This document shows, piece after piece, positions 29,117 to 38,492 of a stretch of DNA of 64,000 nucleotides. Numbering within the stretch: the stretch's first letter is position 1; each line of letters starts with the position of its first letter. The stretch is from a virus. Made by a program: the position numbers and the translations under genes. The stretch covers positions 1 to 64,000 of the IMG/VR virus record IMGVR_UViG_3300012936_000006; one strand, written 5' to 3'. Under the pieces are notes generated by a model. It was not told the DNA's origin and ran no database searches. It was given only the letters and a program-made list of their open reading frames with translations.

Positions 29117-29368
29117 ATGAGTGATAACAATAAGAAAACTACAGACGAGTACATCGAGTCTTATATTAAATCAGTTGCTGCGCTTGAAGAAGCACAGGAG
29201 CCTTTTAAGGAGCAGCGTCGTGATCTCCGTAAGGAGTATGAAGACAACGGTTGGTTGTCTAAGGATGAGCAACGTCTTGCTGTGAAGGCTTGGAGGCTTA
29301 TTAAGAACGAAGAAGACATGGAACAGCTTCTAGACTTCTATGAGAAAGTTGCATCGATTCGTCGATAA
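29117..29368 (+). CDS. Small dsDNA-binding protein (T4 DsbA/GapR-like)
   Basis: All-helical 83 aa: LEEAQEPFKEQRRDLRKEYEDNG...AVKAWRL; AAGGAG SD. Confidence 0.55.
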   Translation: MSDNNKKTTDEYIESYIKSVAALEEAQEPFKEQRRDLRKEYEDNGWLSKDEQRLAVKAWRLIKNEEDMEQLLDFYEKVASIRR

Positions 29369-29378
29369 GGAGTTGATT

Positions 29379-29663
29379 ATGTTTGTACCTTTGAATAGAC
29401 GAATACTGATCGAGCCAGTATCAGAAGAGAGAGAAGAGTCTTTCGTACTAGTGCCAGAGACTGCCAAGGTGCAACCCGCCCACTCACTTGTAAAGGTGGT
29501 GGGCGTTGCCTTTGACTGTGAAAAGTTTAATGGTGAGGTGGGTTCTACCCTCGTTGTCGATGCTTCAATGATTGAAGAGATTAATGTCGGTAAAAGAGTT
29601 TACAATGTCATCCTAGAAAACCATGTAATTGGTCTCGTTTATGAAGAGAAGACGGAGGAATAA
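29379..29663 (+). CDS. groES: Co-chaperonin GroES-like
   Basis: PLNRRILIEP, VVGVA, ILENHVIGLV motifs; about 94 aa; AAGGAG SD. Confidence 0.8.
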   Translation: MFVPLNRRILIEPVSEEREESFVLVPETAKVQPAHSLVKVVGVAFDCEKFNGEVGSTLVVDASMIEEINVGKRVYNVILENHVIGLVYEEKTEE

Positions 29664-29669
29664 TGTTTA

Positions 29670-30206
29670 ATGAATTTATCGGAATTAATTTGTGCGGCGG
29701 TAATGTCGCTTGGAATCCCAAACTCTGATTTTGCTTGCGAGAAGATGGATCTAGTTGTACAGGAGTCTGAAAAAAACAACGTAGAGCCAGAAGTCATGGT
29801 TGCCCTGATTCAAACAGAGAGTAACTGGACACCAAGAGCGGTTAGTCATGCCTATGCATGTGGTCTGACTCAAGTCATTCCAAAGTATACTGGCAGTCGA
29901 GCTTCTGGTGGTGTCAAATATACTTGCAGCCAGTTAAAGGTTGCTGACACATCCATCATCGCAGGCACTAAAATTTTTAGTTATTGGTTGCACAATTATG
30001 GCAAATGTAAGACTGGCGAGTGTCGTATAAAGCATTACAGAATCGGTCTCTGTGGTTACAATGCGGGATACAGATGTAAGGGTGATAACCCAAACAGAAG
30101 TGGAAGGCATTATGCCAGCAAGGTTTTAAAGAGAGCCGATAGAATAAAAAAAAGAATGAGAAAGATAAAAGCTGATGCCGAGCGGAAGAGTATTGATGAA
30201 CGATGA
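29670..30206 (+). CDS. Lytic transglycosylase (SLT domain)
   Basis: ALIQTESNW (catalytic Glu), ACGLTQV, GYNAG. Confidence 0.9.
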   Translation: MNLSELICAAVMSLGIPNSDFACEKMDLVVQESEKNNVEPEVMVALIQTESNWTPRAVSHAYACGLTQVIPKYTGSRASGGVKYTCSQLKVADTSIIAGTKIFSYWLHNYGKCKTGECRIKHYRIGLCGYNAGYRCKGDNPNRSGRHYASKVLKRADRIKKRMRKIKADAERKSIDER

Positions 30207-30903
30207 AGGTCAGTTATTTGCTGACGAGATCGTGGTGGGTTGCAACATTGCATCTCTAAGGTTTGCCGAGGAAAATAACATTCCAGTTATTTACACGGGT
30301 CAGGATTTCCCAAACTTTTTTGAAGAAGATTCGATTGAAGATTTTACAGAGCTTTGTTTTAATCTTTCGCTTACCGGTCTCCTTCCCTTTGGGGATATGG
30401 CTGACTCGATGAGGGTTGATGTGGACTTGCAAGTTTTATCAGTCTTTTGCGGAGCAAAGAGATATAATGTTTTTTATGAAAAGATTTTTATATTTTCTGA
30501 CAAGAACATTGAGGGTTTGCCCGAACCAAAAAAGAAGAACAAGCAGTACAAGGTTTTAGATTGGTTGGATTTGACCAGTTCGACAGAGCACAACGAAGCT
30601 ATCTACACCGACTCCGAGTTTGTTAAGAATATTTATTTCTACCCAAGCTTGAGAACTTCTCGAAAAGGTTTTGCTGATGCGGTCGCTGTCTCATTTTTAT
30701 CAGAAGAGCAGTTGAATGATCCCAACCTATGTGATTCTTATGCTCGTTTAAAGTCGATTAGTTTAATGTCTAGTGCTGGTATTCTTGGCACAAAGATGGG
30801 TAGCGGTAGGCACAGACCGCTGAAGGTAAGCCACTCTCACAGGGAGGTGATCGCTGTGGGTAAAAACGAGTACGAAGAACTTCCAAACATAGAGTTCAGA
30901 TGA
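30175..30903 (+). CDS. Hypothetical protein with degenerate Rossmann-like N-terminus (probable start 30196)
   Basis: DEIVVGCNIASLRFA beta-alpha unit lacking the full GxGxxG. Confidence 0.6.
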   Translation: MPSGRVLMNDEGQLFADEIVVGCNIASLRFAEENNIPVIYTGQDFPNFFEEDSIEDFTELCFNLSLTGLLPFGDMADSMRVDVDLQVLSVFCGAKRYNVFYEKIFIFSDKNIEGLPEPKKKNKQYKVLDWLDLTSSTEHNEAIYTDSEFVKNIYFYPSLRTSRKGFADAVAVSFLSEEQLNDPNLCDSYARLKSISLMSSAGILGTKMGSGRHRPLKVSHSHREVIAVGKNEYEELPNIEFR

Positions 30904-31805
30904 TTGAAGCCGTTAACAAGGGACCAAACCTGTTTCATCTAGCCGGGATAATACCAGTCGCTGGTCAGCAATTGGAATTTAATTTCCCTTGGCACCCGAG
31001 TTTGAATCCAATAAATAAAGATTATCTAGCATTACAGAGGGCAGCTTACGAGTGTGCTATGGCTGGGTGTGAAACGATTTGGGTTGTCTGCCACATGGAA
31101 ACACAACCCTTGGTTAGAAATGTTTTGGGAGAGTGGGTTACAGACCCCGTATCCATTGGTCGAGGCTTTTATCAGTCTGATAACGTGCGAAGAGTGCCAA
31201 TCTACTATGTCCCAGTCCACCCGAAGGATCGCCAAAAGCGTGACAGCTTGGGTTGGTCTGTTTTATATGGAGCACTTTCAGCTTATTGGGTAAGTAGAAA
31301 GATGAGCAAGTGGTTGACCCCGGACATGTATTATGCGTGTTTTCCTTACGGGGTGTATCCTGTAGAGGTTTTAAAACAGGAGCGAAAAAAAATTTCCAGC
31401 AGAAAAAAATTTTTATTAAATTATAAAGGTCAGACCATCAAAGACGGGTTGCCCATAGGATTTACGTTTGATGGTGAGGATTTTAAAAATTGTCGCAGAT
31501 TTGTTAGGCAAGAAAGCACATCTCTTTTTAATTCGGAGGGCAACCGATTGTCGATGAAAGAAAGATACAGTGCTAGAAACTTTTCCCTTGACAAAGTTTT
31601 TGAATGTGTTAATATAGAGGACGCAAATAAAGTTGAGGTGCCTTGGTATCATGACATTTCGACTTGGCAAGGTTATGCGGAGTGCATTGCTTCAGATAAA
31701 AAACTAGTAAAACCGAAGGAGTTAAAATATAATGAGTGGAACACAATTCGATCTGATTGGAATAGATCCGAAGGCGAAGGGTCGGACGACGGAAACGAAG
31801 ATTGA
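30900..31805 (+). CDS. Sugar-phosphate nucleotidyltransferase-fold protein (degenerate)
   Basis: AGIIPVAG..PSLNPI..AGCETIWVV..WYHDIST follows the NTP_transferase layout; the GxGTR motif is replaced. Confidence 0.65.
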   Translation: MIEAVNKGPNLFHLAGIIPVAGQQLEFNFPWHPSLNPINKDYLALQRAAYECAMAGCETIWVVCHMETQPLVRNVLGEWVTDPVSIGRGFYQSDNVRRVPIYYVPVHPKDRQKRDSLGWSVLYGALSAYWVSRKMSKWLTPDMYYACFPYGVYPVEVLKQERKKISSRKKFLLNYKGQTIKDGLPIGFTFDGEDFKNCRRFVRQESTSLFNSEGNRLSMKERYSARNFSLDKVFECVNIEDANKVEVPWYHDISTWQGYAECIASDKKLVKPKELKYNEWNTIRSDWNRSEGEGSDDGNED

Positions 31806-32040
31806 GCATTATTATAATCAAGTACCTTATCATCACAAGGAGCATGTAAGCTTTCCCTATAGATATGATAATTTATCAGTAGATCAAAAGTTTTTTGTTG
31901 ACAGTTTGTTTGAAACCTGTTATATTAGTTTTGATGAAGATGAGATACAGACAGTTGAAGAAGAGGTAACCAGCCTCACAGAGTATGTAGACGAAATCAA
32001 AACATCAGTTAACAATTTACTAAACGTACTATCCAAATAG
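31732..32040 (+). CDS. Hypothetical protein
   Basis: ORF filling the gap before dnaE; overlaps the upstream gene and contains the dnaE promoter. Confidence 0.45.
   Translation: MSGTQFDLIGIDPKAKGRTTETKIEHYYNQVPYHHKEHVSFPYRYDNLSVDQKFFVDSLFETCYISFDEDEIQTVEEEVTSLTEYVDEIKTSVNNLLNVLSK
31898..31926 (+). promoter_or_regulatory. sigma70-type promoter for dnaE
   Basis: TTGACA-17 nt-TATATT. Confidence 0.7.
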
Positions 32041-32048
32041 GAGAACAC

Positions 32049-35000
32049 ATGACAGACCGACAGACACCGAGCATTCCATTCGTAGGATTGCATGCACACT
32101 CAGTGGCAGGATCACCCTTTGATGGTCTCGGGTATCCACCAGAACACATGGAGTTTGCTTATCAGAATGGCATGAACGCCTTGGCACTTACCGATCACGG
32201 CAATGCTAACGGTTTGTCTTATCAGGTTCTGCACGCTAAGAAGATGCTTGCCGACGGTAAAGACTTCAAGCCTATCTTTGGCGTTGAGGCTTACTTCGTA
32301 CCTTCGATTTCAGAGTGGAAAGAAGAATATGACAAGCAGATGGCACAGAAGAAAGGTCGAGGCTCCAAGAAGAAAGGCGAGAGCCAAGGTACTGTATTTG
32401 AGACAGAAGAGCGAAAGAGCAGCGACATTCTTCGTCGTCGCCGTCACTTGATCTTGCTTGCCCAAAACCAGCAGGGCTTGAATAATATTTTTAATCTTAT
32501 CTCCAAGTCGTTCAAGCCAGAAAACTTTTATCGTTTTCCGAGGGTAGACTATGCTATGTTACGTGAGCACTCCGAAGGCGTGATCGCTGCTTCGGCTTGC
32601 CTCGGTGGAGTTTACGCAGGAGACATGTGGGAGAACAAGGATGATGGTCCTGATGCGGTTCTTAGTGCCATGCGTAAAACCACAGACAATATGTTGTCTA
32701 TCTTTGGCGACAGGTGGTACCCAGAACTACAGTGGAACAACATTCCAGAACAGCACGAGTTAAACAAGTATATTATTCAGGTTGCAGAGGAAAAAGGCTT
32801 GGAGCTTATCTCCACGGCAGACAGCCATTACCCCAACCCGGATGCGTGGAAGTCGAGGCTTCTATATAAGAAGCTAGGCTGGCTTGGCAAGGGTGGCGAG
32901 ATTGACACTGAGTTGCCAGTTGATGTTGATGAAGTTGGCTACGAGCTTTACCCAAAGAATGGCGATCAGATGTGGGAGTCCTACAAGGCTTACTCACAGG
33001 GTCACGACTACAACGATGATCTTGTGATGAGTTCGATTACCAACACACACCACATCGCTTTCGATAGGATTGAGAACTTCTTGCCGGACAACACGGTGCG
33101 CTTGCCATCGTTTGTGGTACCAGCAGGGATGACAGACACTGAGGCATTGAAGCGGTTCTGTGCAGATAGTTTGCGCTCCCTTGTCAATCGAGATTCACAG
33201 GCGTGGTCCGAAGAGAAGAGTCTTAGGTATATTGATCGCCTAAAGTATGAGCTTGAGGTTATTTCAGAGCGTGGCTTTTGTAAATACTTTTTGACAATGA
33301 AAGCTATCTCTGATATGGCGCAAGAGCGACAACTGGTAGGTCCGGGTCGTGGTTCAGCCGCTGGTTCTCTGGTGTCTTATGTGCTAGGGATCACTCAGGT
33401 TGACCCAATCAAGTACGGACTTCAGTTTGAAAGGTTCCTTACCAAGTCGGGCAAGGGTTACCCAGATATTGACTATGACGTTGCATCGCCAATGGAGCTT
33501 AAAGAAGAGTTGGTTGAACAGTGGGGTGAGAGCACTGTTGTTCCCATCTCTAATTGGAATACGTTGAAGCTACGTTCTCTAATCAAGGACATTTCAAAGT
33601 TTTATAATATTCCTTTTACTGAGGTCAACTCTGTGACCAGCAAGATGATTCACGAGGCAACACCCCTAGCTAAAAAGAAGCATGGTATCACGGCAGGAGT
33701 GTATGATCCGACTTGGGAAGAGGTACTTGAATACAGCAGAAGTTTGAAAACATTTTTGTCCAACTATCCGCAGGTCGAGCCTCACGTCAAGCGTCTGGTT
33801 GGGCAGGTACGATCTTGCTCTAGACATGCCGGAGGTGTTGTGGTTGCCGAAGATCTAGACAAACATATGCCACTAATCTATAGTGGGGGTGTTCGTCAGA
33901 CTCCGTGGTCCGAGGGGCAGAATGTTCGTCACCTTGAACCCATGGGTTTTATTAAGTTTGATATTCTAGGTCTTGCATCTCTGAGGATGATGGAGGGTGC
34001 AATCTCTCATATTCTCAAGCGGCATCATGGAGTCGAAGATCCAACTTTTAAAGACGTTCGTGATTATTATAATGAGCACCTGCACCCTGACGTAATTAAT
34101 TTTAGTGACGCCGACGTATACAAAAATATTTTTTGTGATGGTCGGTGGGCTGGAATCTTTCAGTTTACTGAGAGCGGTGCTCAGAATTTTTGTAAGAGAG
34201 CGCAGCCTGACAACATTATTGACTTAGCAGCTATCACGTCCATCTTTCGTCCGGGTCCGTTGTCTGCCAAGGTGGACAGAAACTATGTGTCGTCTAAGAG
34301 GAATCCTGATGCGGTCGATTACCCATGTCAGGAATTCAAGGACGTTACAGAAGAGACCTATGGCTTTCTAATCTTTCAAGAACAGATCGCATCTTTGGCA
34401 CACAAGCTTGGCAAAGACTTGTCACTCGATGAGGGTAACCTACTTCGAAAGCTGTTGACTAAGAAAGGTACAGGAAAGGGTCACGAGGTCAAGGATGGAA
34501 TCTATAAAAAGTTTTTGACAGGCTGTGTAGAGAAAGGGCTAGAAGAGTCACAAGCGGTTCGGCTTTGGGAGACTTTCGAATACTTCTCTGGTTATGGTTT
34601 TAACAAGTCTCATGCGGTGTCGTACTCGATCCTGTCTTATCAGTGTGCTTGGCTCCTGAACTATTACCCAGCAGAATGGATGGCTGCTTTCTTGGATAAG
34701 GAGCCTGAAAGTCGAAAAGAAAAGGCACTGAACATTGCGAAATCTATGGGCTTCAGGATTAAGCCACTGGATGTAAATACATCTGGTTCTGTGTGGGAGA
34801 TTTCTGAAGATGGTCAAGACTTGGTTCAGCCGCTGACTTCTATCAAGGGCTTGGGTGACTCTGCGATGCAGCAGATCATGCAGCACCGCCCTTTTAATAC
34901 TGTCGAAGACTTTCTTTTCAACGAAGAGATTGTCTACTCCAAGCTAAATAAAAAAGCCTTGGATGTTCTTGCTCGCAGTCAAGCTTTGAACTGCTTAGTT

Positions 35001-35489
35001 GATGATAGGTTCACGGGGCTGAAGCATTTTTGGTCGTCAGTAGCCGTCGATAGACCTAAGAGTAAGAAGAAGTTGCTTGAAAATATCGAGGCATACTCAC
35101 CAGAAGGAGACTTTACAGATCAGGAGAAGATTGAATATCTTGTTCGCCTGACAGGTTCTTTTCCCATGAGTTTGGTTCTGAGCGACGATGTGATGGCTAG
35201 CCTTGAGAGGTATTGTGTCCCTCCGCTTGGTGAGTTTGATCCTGAGATTGGGGTAGCTTGGTTTATCCCCAGAGAGGTCATTTCTAAAAAGACTAAGAAC
35301 GGCAAGACATATTGGATTGTTAACACGATTGACATTAGTGGAGGTTCTAATAAAATTAAATGTTGGGGTGTTAATCCCGATAAAGATCTTCTGCACATTA
35401 ACAGACCATATATGGCAAAATTAGACTATGACGAGCAGTGGGGATTTAGTGCGAGAGGGATTAAGCACAGTTTTAAGCTACTCGCATAA
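32049..35489 (+). CDS. dnaE: DNA polymerase III alpha subunit (family C)
   Basis: PHP domain (LHAHS, TDHG, SACLGG, DSHY), GRGSAAGS, PDIDYD, HAGGVV, KFDILGL, RPGP, YGFNKSHA. Confidence 0.97.
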   Translation: MTDRQTPSIPFVGLHAHSVAGSPFDGLGYPPEHMEFAYQNGMNALALTDHGNANGLSYQVLHAKKMLADGKDFKPIFGVEAYFVPSISEWKEEYDKQMAQKKGRGSKKKGESQGTVFETEERKSSDILRRRRHLILLAQNQQGLNNIFNLISKSFKPENFYRFPRVDYAMLREHSEGVIAASACLGGVYAGDMWENKDDGPDAVLSAMRKTTDNMLSIFGDRWYPELQWNNIPEQHELNKYIIQVAEEKGLELISTADSHYPNPDAWKSRLLYKKLGWLGKGGEIDTELPVDVDEVGYELYPKNGDQMWESYKAYSQGHDYNDDLVMSSITNTHHIAFDRIENFLPDNTVRLPSFVVPAGMTDTEALKRFCADSLRSLVNRDSQAWSEEKSLRYIDRLKYELEVISERGFCKYFLTMKAISDMAQERQLVGPGRGSAAGSLVSYVLGITQVDPIKYGLQFERFLTKSGKGYPDIDYDVASPMELKEELVEQWGESTVVPISNWNTLKLRSLIKDISKFYNIPFTEVNSVTSKMIHEATPLAKKKHGITAGVYDPTWEEVLEYSRSLKTFLSNYPQVEPHVKRLVGQVRSCSRHAGGVVVAEDLDKHMPLIYSGGVRQTPWSEGQNVRHLEPMGFIKFDILGLASLRMMEGAISHILKRHHGVEDPTFKDVRDYYNEHLHPDVINFSDADVYKNIFCDGRWAGIFQFTESGAQNFCKRAQPDNIIDLAAITSIFRPGPLSAKVDRNYVSSKRNPDAVDYPCQEFKDVTEETYGFLIFQEQIASLAHKLGKDLSLDEGNLLRKLLTKKGTGKGHEVKDGIYKKFLTGCVEKGLEESQAVRLWETFEYFSGYGFNKSHAVSYSILSYQCAWLLNYYPAEWMAAFLDKEPESRKEKALNIAKSMGFRIKPLDVNTSGSVWEISEDGQDLVQPLTSIKGLGDSAMQQIMQHRPFNTVEDFLFNEEIVYSKLNKKALDVLARSQALNCLVDDRFTGLKHFWSSVAVDRPKSKKKLLENIEAYSPEGDFTDQEKIEYLVRLTGSFPMSLVLSDDVMASLERYCVPPLGEFDPEIGVAWFIPREVISKKTKNGKTYWIVNTIDISGGSNKIKCWGVNPDKDLLHINRPYMAKLDYDEQWGFSARGIKHSFKLLA

Positions 35490-35536
35490 TTGCAATTTGT
35501 AAAATTTTTTTGCCGGTAAATTTTTGAGATTTTAGC

Positions 35537-35565
35537 TTTACATACAAAATAGTTTATTGTATACT
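35537..35565 (+). promoter_or_regulatory. sigma70-type promoter for the dut operon
   Basis: TTTACA-17 nt-TATACT. Confidence 0.6.
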
Positions 35566-35583
35566 AATAAAAAGGAGAAACTT

Positions 35584-36042
35584 ATGATTATTGAATATTA
35601 CAGAACTCACCAGCACGTTGTGCCGCCTACACGATCTAATCCGTCGGATGCAGGACTTGATGTTTACTATTGCCCAGCCTCTCCAGAGCCATTGGCAATT
35701 AAGCCGGGGCAAAACGCTAAGCTGCCAACTGGCTTGAAGTTTGGCATTCCACACGGATATATGATTCAAGTGATGAACCGTTCATCGGTGGCGTCCAAGA
35801 GAAACCTTGTAGTCGGGGCTCATTGTGTTGATAGTGGTTATGACGGTGAGGTGTTTATCGACATGCATAACATCGGGACCGAAGAACAGTTTATCGAACC
35901 AATGGATAAGATTGCACAGTTGGTGCTAGTGCCGGTTGTCAGCTTTAGAGCCCTAGAAACCTCAGACCCGGATCTGTACGGCTGGGAAGCAATTACGATA
36001 AGTGAACGGGGGCAAGGCGGTTTCGGATCGACGGGGGTATAG
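35584..36042 (+). CDS. dut: Trimeric dUTPase
   Basis: DAGLDV, RSSVA, VDSGYDGE, IAQLV, RGQGGFGSTG. Confidence 0.97.
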   Translation: MIIEYYRTHQHVVPPTRSNPSDAGLDVYYCPASPEPLAIKPGQNAKLPTGLKFGIPHGYMIQVMNRSSVASKRNLVVGAHCVDSGYDGEVFIDMHNIGTEEQFIEPMDKIAQLVLVPVVSFRALETSDPDLYGWEAITISERGQGGFGSTGV

Positions 36043-36043
36043 T

Positions 36044-36310
36044 GTGGGCGGTATAAAAAGAAAGCTAGAGCGACTAAAAGAAAAAAATGCCGAAAAAGAG
36101 ATGAAGCAGAAATTGTCGATGTTTGATCGACTACCTGAAGAGTGCTTGAGTTGTGAAAAGGTGTTTGACAAAAAAGATCGTTCGATGGTAGAATCTTGGC
36201 GAGTCGTTGTAAGAGAGAAAGAAAAGAAAGTAAATCTTTATTGCCCAGAATGTTGGGATTTTGCTCAAAAAATAGTTTTGGAGGCACTTGGAAATGAAAA
36301 AGAAGAGTAG
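36044..36310 (+). CDS. Zinc-ribbon hypothetical protein
   Basis: CLSC...YCPECW; GTG start inferred just after the dut stop. Confidence 0.7.
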   Translation: MGGIKRKLERLKEKNAEKEMKQKLSMFDRLPEECLSCEKVFDKKDRSMVESWRVVVREKEKKVNLYCPECWDFAQKIVLEALGNEKEE

Positions 36311-36815
36311 TATGGATGTTCACTTTAGCTCAAAAACAAACGAGTGGGACACCCCGCAGGCGTTTTATGATATTTTGGACAGAATGTTTAATTTTACACT
36401 AGATCCGTGTGCCACAGAGCAATCTAAGAAGTGTGAAAAATATTTCACAGTTCAAGATGACGGATTAAGTAAAAGTTGGGCAAATGAGACTGTCTTCATG
36501 AACCCCCCATACGGAAGGCAAATATCAAAGTGGATCAAGAAAGCATACGATGAGAGTGTGAACAATTCTGCAACTGTTGTTTGTTTAATTCCATCTAGGA
36601 CTGACACAAAATACTGGCATGATTATGTTATGAAATCTAGCGAGCTTTACTTTATTAAAGGGCGTTTGAAGTTTGGAAATTCCCAGTCAAAGCCTAACTC
36701 GGCACCATTCCCCTCAGCGGTGGTGGTGTTTAAGCCCCGCCATGGTGAAGTCATGGGTGGTGGCAACCCAACCGTTTATGGTATGACAAATGGGGGTGTA
36801 AAATGCCAGAACTAA
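36288..36815 (+). CDS. Phage DNA N6-adenine methyltransferase
   Basis: EWDTPQ, LDPCA, DGL..SW, FMNPPYG, LIPSRTDT.YWHD, GRLKF. Confidence 0.93.
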   Translation: MEMKKKSSMDVHFSSKTNEWDTPQAFYDILDRMFNFTLDPCATEQSKKCEKYFTVQDDGLSKSWANETVFMNPPYGRQISKWIKKAYDESVNNSATVVCLIPSRTDTKYWHDYVMKSSELYFIKGRLKFGNSQSKPNSAPFPSAVVVFKPRHGEVMGGGNPTVYGMTNGGVKCQN

Positions 36816-37813
36816 AAGAAACTTTGACATATCAAGATGTTTTGCTGGTTCCTCAGTATAGTGATATTCGTAGTCGCAGCGAGGTAGACATTTCTAACAG
36901 CTTGAGCGAGAATATAAAGCTCGATGCTCCAATTATTGCTAGTCCGATGGATACAGTGTCTGAAGACGGTATGGCTAATGCTATGTCTAATGCCGGTGGT
37001 ATGGCTATTGTCCATCGATACAACACTATCGAAGAACAATCTTGGATTGTTAGCAATTCAGATGGTTTAGTTGGCGCAGCCGTTGGCATGACTGGTGATT
37101 ATAAAAATAGAACGGCGTCAGCTATCACAGCAGGCGCAAAAGTTATTTGTATTGATGTTGCACACGGTCATCATATAGCTATGAAGGATGCTTTGCGGTG
37201 GATAAAAGATAATTTTAAAAATGTCCATATTATTGCTGGCAATATCGCCACTTTAGATGGTTTTAATGCATTGTCAGACTGGGGGGCAGATTCAGTTCGC
37301 TGCAACATTGGAGGTGGCAGTATTTGCACCACCCGTATCCAGACTGGTCATGGAGTGCCGGGACTGCACACTATTTTTGAGTGCTCCAATTCAGTAAACG
37401 CAGGCACTGTAAATATTATTGCAGACGGTGGAATTAAAAACTCTGGCGATATTGTGAAGGCTGTTGCGGCAGGAGCAGACTTTGTAATGCTTGGATCGCT
37501 TTTAGCAGGTACGGCAGAATCTCCGGGTCGAGTCTTTGAAAAGGATGGAATAAAATATAAAGCCTATAGGGGCATGGCTAGCCGAGAAGCGCAATCTGAT
37601 TGGCGTGGTCATTGTGGTACCCCTGAAGGTGTTGCGAGCATGGTGCCATATCGAGGCGAGGTTTCATCTATTATGAAGCAGTTGTGTGGAGGTATTCGAA
37701 GCGGCTTTTCTTATTCAGGTGCAAGAACTATTGCAGAGTTACAATCACGAGCGATATTCACACGTCAGACGGGTGCGGGACAAGTAGAGTCATCGGCACA
37801 TATTGGAGTTTGA
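36803..37813 (+). CDS. IMPDH/GMP reductase family enzyme without CBS domains (likely GMP reductase)
   Basis: [32 protein letters not shown] (catalytic Cys), IADGGI, YRGMAS, EGV. Confidence 0.9.
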   Translation: MPELKETLTYQDVLLVPQYSDIRSRSEVDISNSLSENIKLDAPIIASPMDTVSEDGMANAMSNAGGMAIVHRYNTIEEQSWIVSNSDGLVGAAVGMTGDYKNRTASAITAGAKVICIDVAHGHHIAMKDALRWIKDNFKNVHIIAGNIATLDGFNALSDWGADSVRCNIGGGSICTTRIQTGHGVPGLHTIFECSNSVNAGTVNIIADGGIKNSGDIVKAVAAGADFVMLGSLLAGTAESPGRVFEKDGIKYKAYRGMASREAQSDWRGHCGTPEGVASMVPYRGEVSSIMKQLCGGIRSGFSYSGARTIAELQSRAIFTRQTGAGQVESSAHIGV

Positions 37814-37815
37814 TT

Positions 37816-38142
37816 GTGTCGGAGTATGGAGAGGAAAATAAAAAAATTATATTTTCTGACACTGGGAAAACACATGCTGAATTTAAAATAAAACTTCAAT
37901 ATGATGGAATTTCTCAGGGAGATTTTTTTAGACAGGTTGTTTCGGCATACTTAGACGAAGATACTGATTTTATGAACTTTATGCATTCATTAAAGGATCG
38001 GCTAGAGTCTCAGTCTAAACGGCAGAGAGATATTGTGAAGAAAGAAAGAAAATTAGCTAAAAAGACTGAAAAAGATTTTACGCTTACAGATAGTGAGGTC
38101 GAAAGTATTTTTGACCTATTAGAAAGAGAGACAGGAATATGA
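37816..38142 (+). CDS. Hypothetical, possibly ribbon-helix-helix DNA-binding protein
   Basis: GTG start after the upstream stop; strand KKIIFSD followed by two helices (HAEFKIKL..ISQGDFFRQVVSAYL). Confidence 0.55.
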   Translation: MSEYGEENKKIIFSDTGKTHAEFKIKLQYDGISQGDFFRQVVSAYLDEDTDFMNFMHSLKDRLESQSKRQRDIVKKERKLAKKTEKDFTLTDSEVESIFDLLERETGI

Positions 38143-38390
38143 GAGAATGTAGTAAGACATGCATGAAGCTTGACGTATCATGCCCAGTTCAAGATTGTAG
38201 AATGTGGATTGATTACGAGCAAGATCTTAATTGTACTTTGATTGCTATTGATAATAATGAAGAGAAGCCTATGACGCTTCGAGAGGTTGCTCCAAGGATT
38301 GGTGTAAGCTTTCCGAGAGTTAAGCAGATTGAGGATGAAATTTTCAAAAAGCTCAAAAAGAAGCTTCCAGACTACAAAAACAATTTTTAG
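38139..38390 (+). CDS. Stand-alone sigma70 region-4 HTH protein with Cys-rich N-terminus
   Basis: MTLREVAPRIGVSFPRVKQIED..KKLK; five Cys in the first 32 aa. Confidence 0.85.
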   Translation: MRECSKTCMKLDVSCPVQDCRMWIDYEQDLNCTLIAIDNNEEKPMTLREVAPRIGVSFPRVKQIEDEIFKKLKKKLPDYKNNF

Positions 38391-38422
38391 TCAAAGCAAC
38401 ACGGACTTTTTGCTTATTAACG

Positions 38423-38431
38423 ACTATTTAT
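38423..38431 (+). promoter_or_regulatory. Putative late promoter motif ACTATTTAT
   Basis: Exact motif upstream of the acidic core-like gene. Confidence 0.7.
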
Positions 38432-38492
38432 ACATTGAAAGGCACTTCTGAAACTTGTGCTTTTATAAACTAACTTTAGGAGAGAGTAGAAA

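Noticed and set aside
31588-31615. TTGACA-16-TAATAT possible promoter
   Set aside because: Weak -10 box inside a CDS; not enough support to list as a feature.
23008-35489. Inteins or introns in recA, helicase, nrdJ, dnaE
   Set aside because: Lengths are normal, motifs are contiguous, and no splice or homing-endonuclease signatures were seen.
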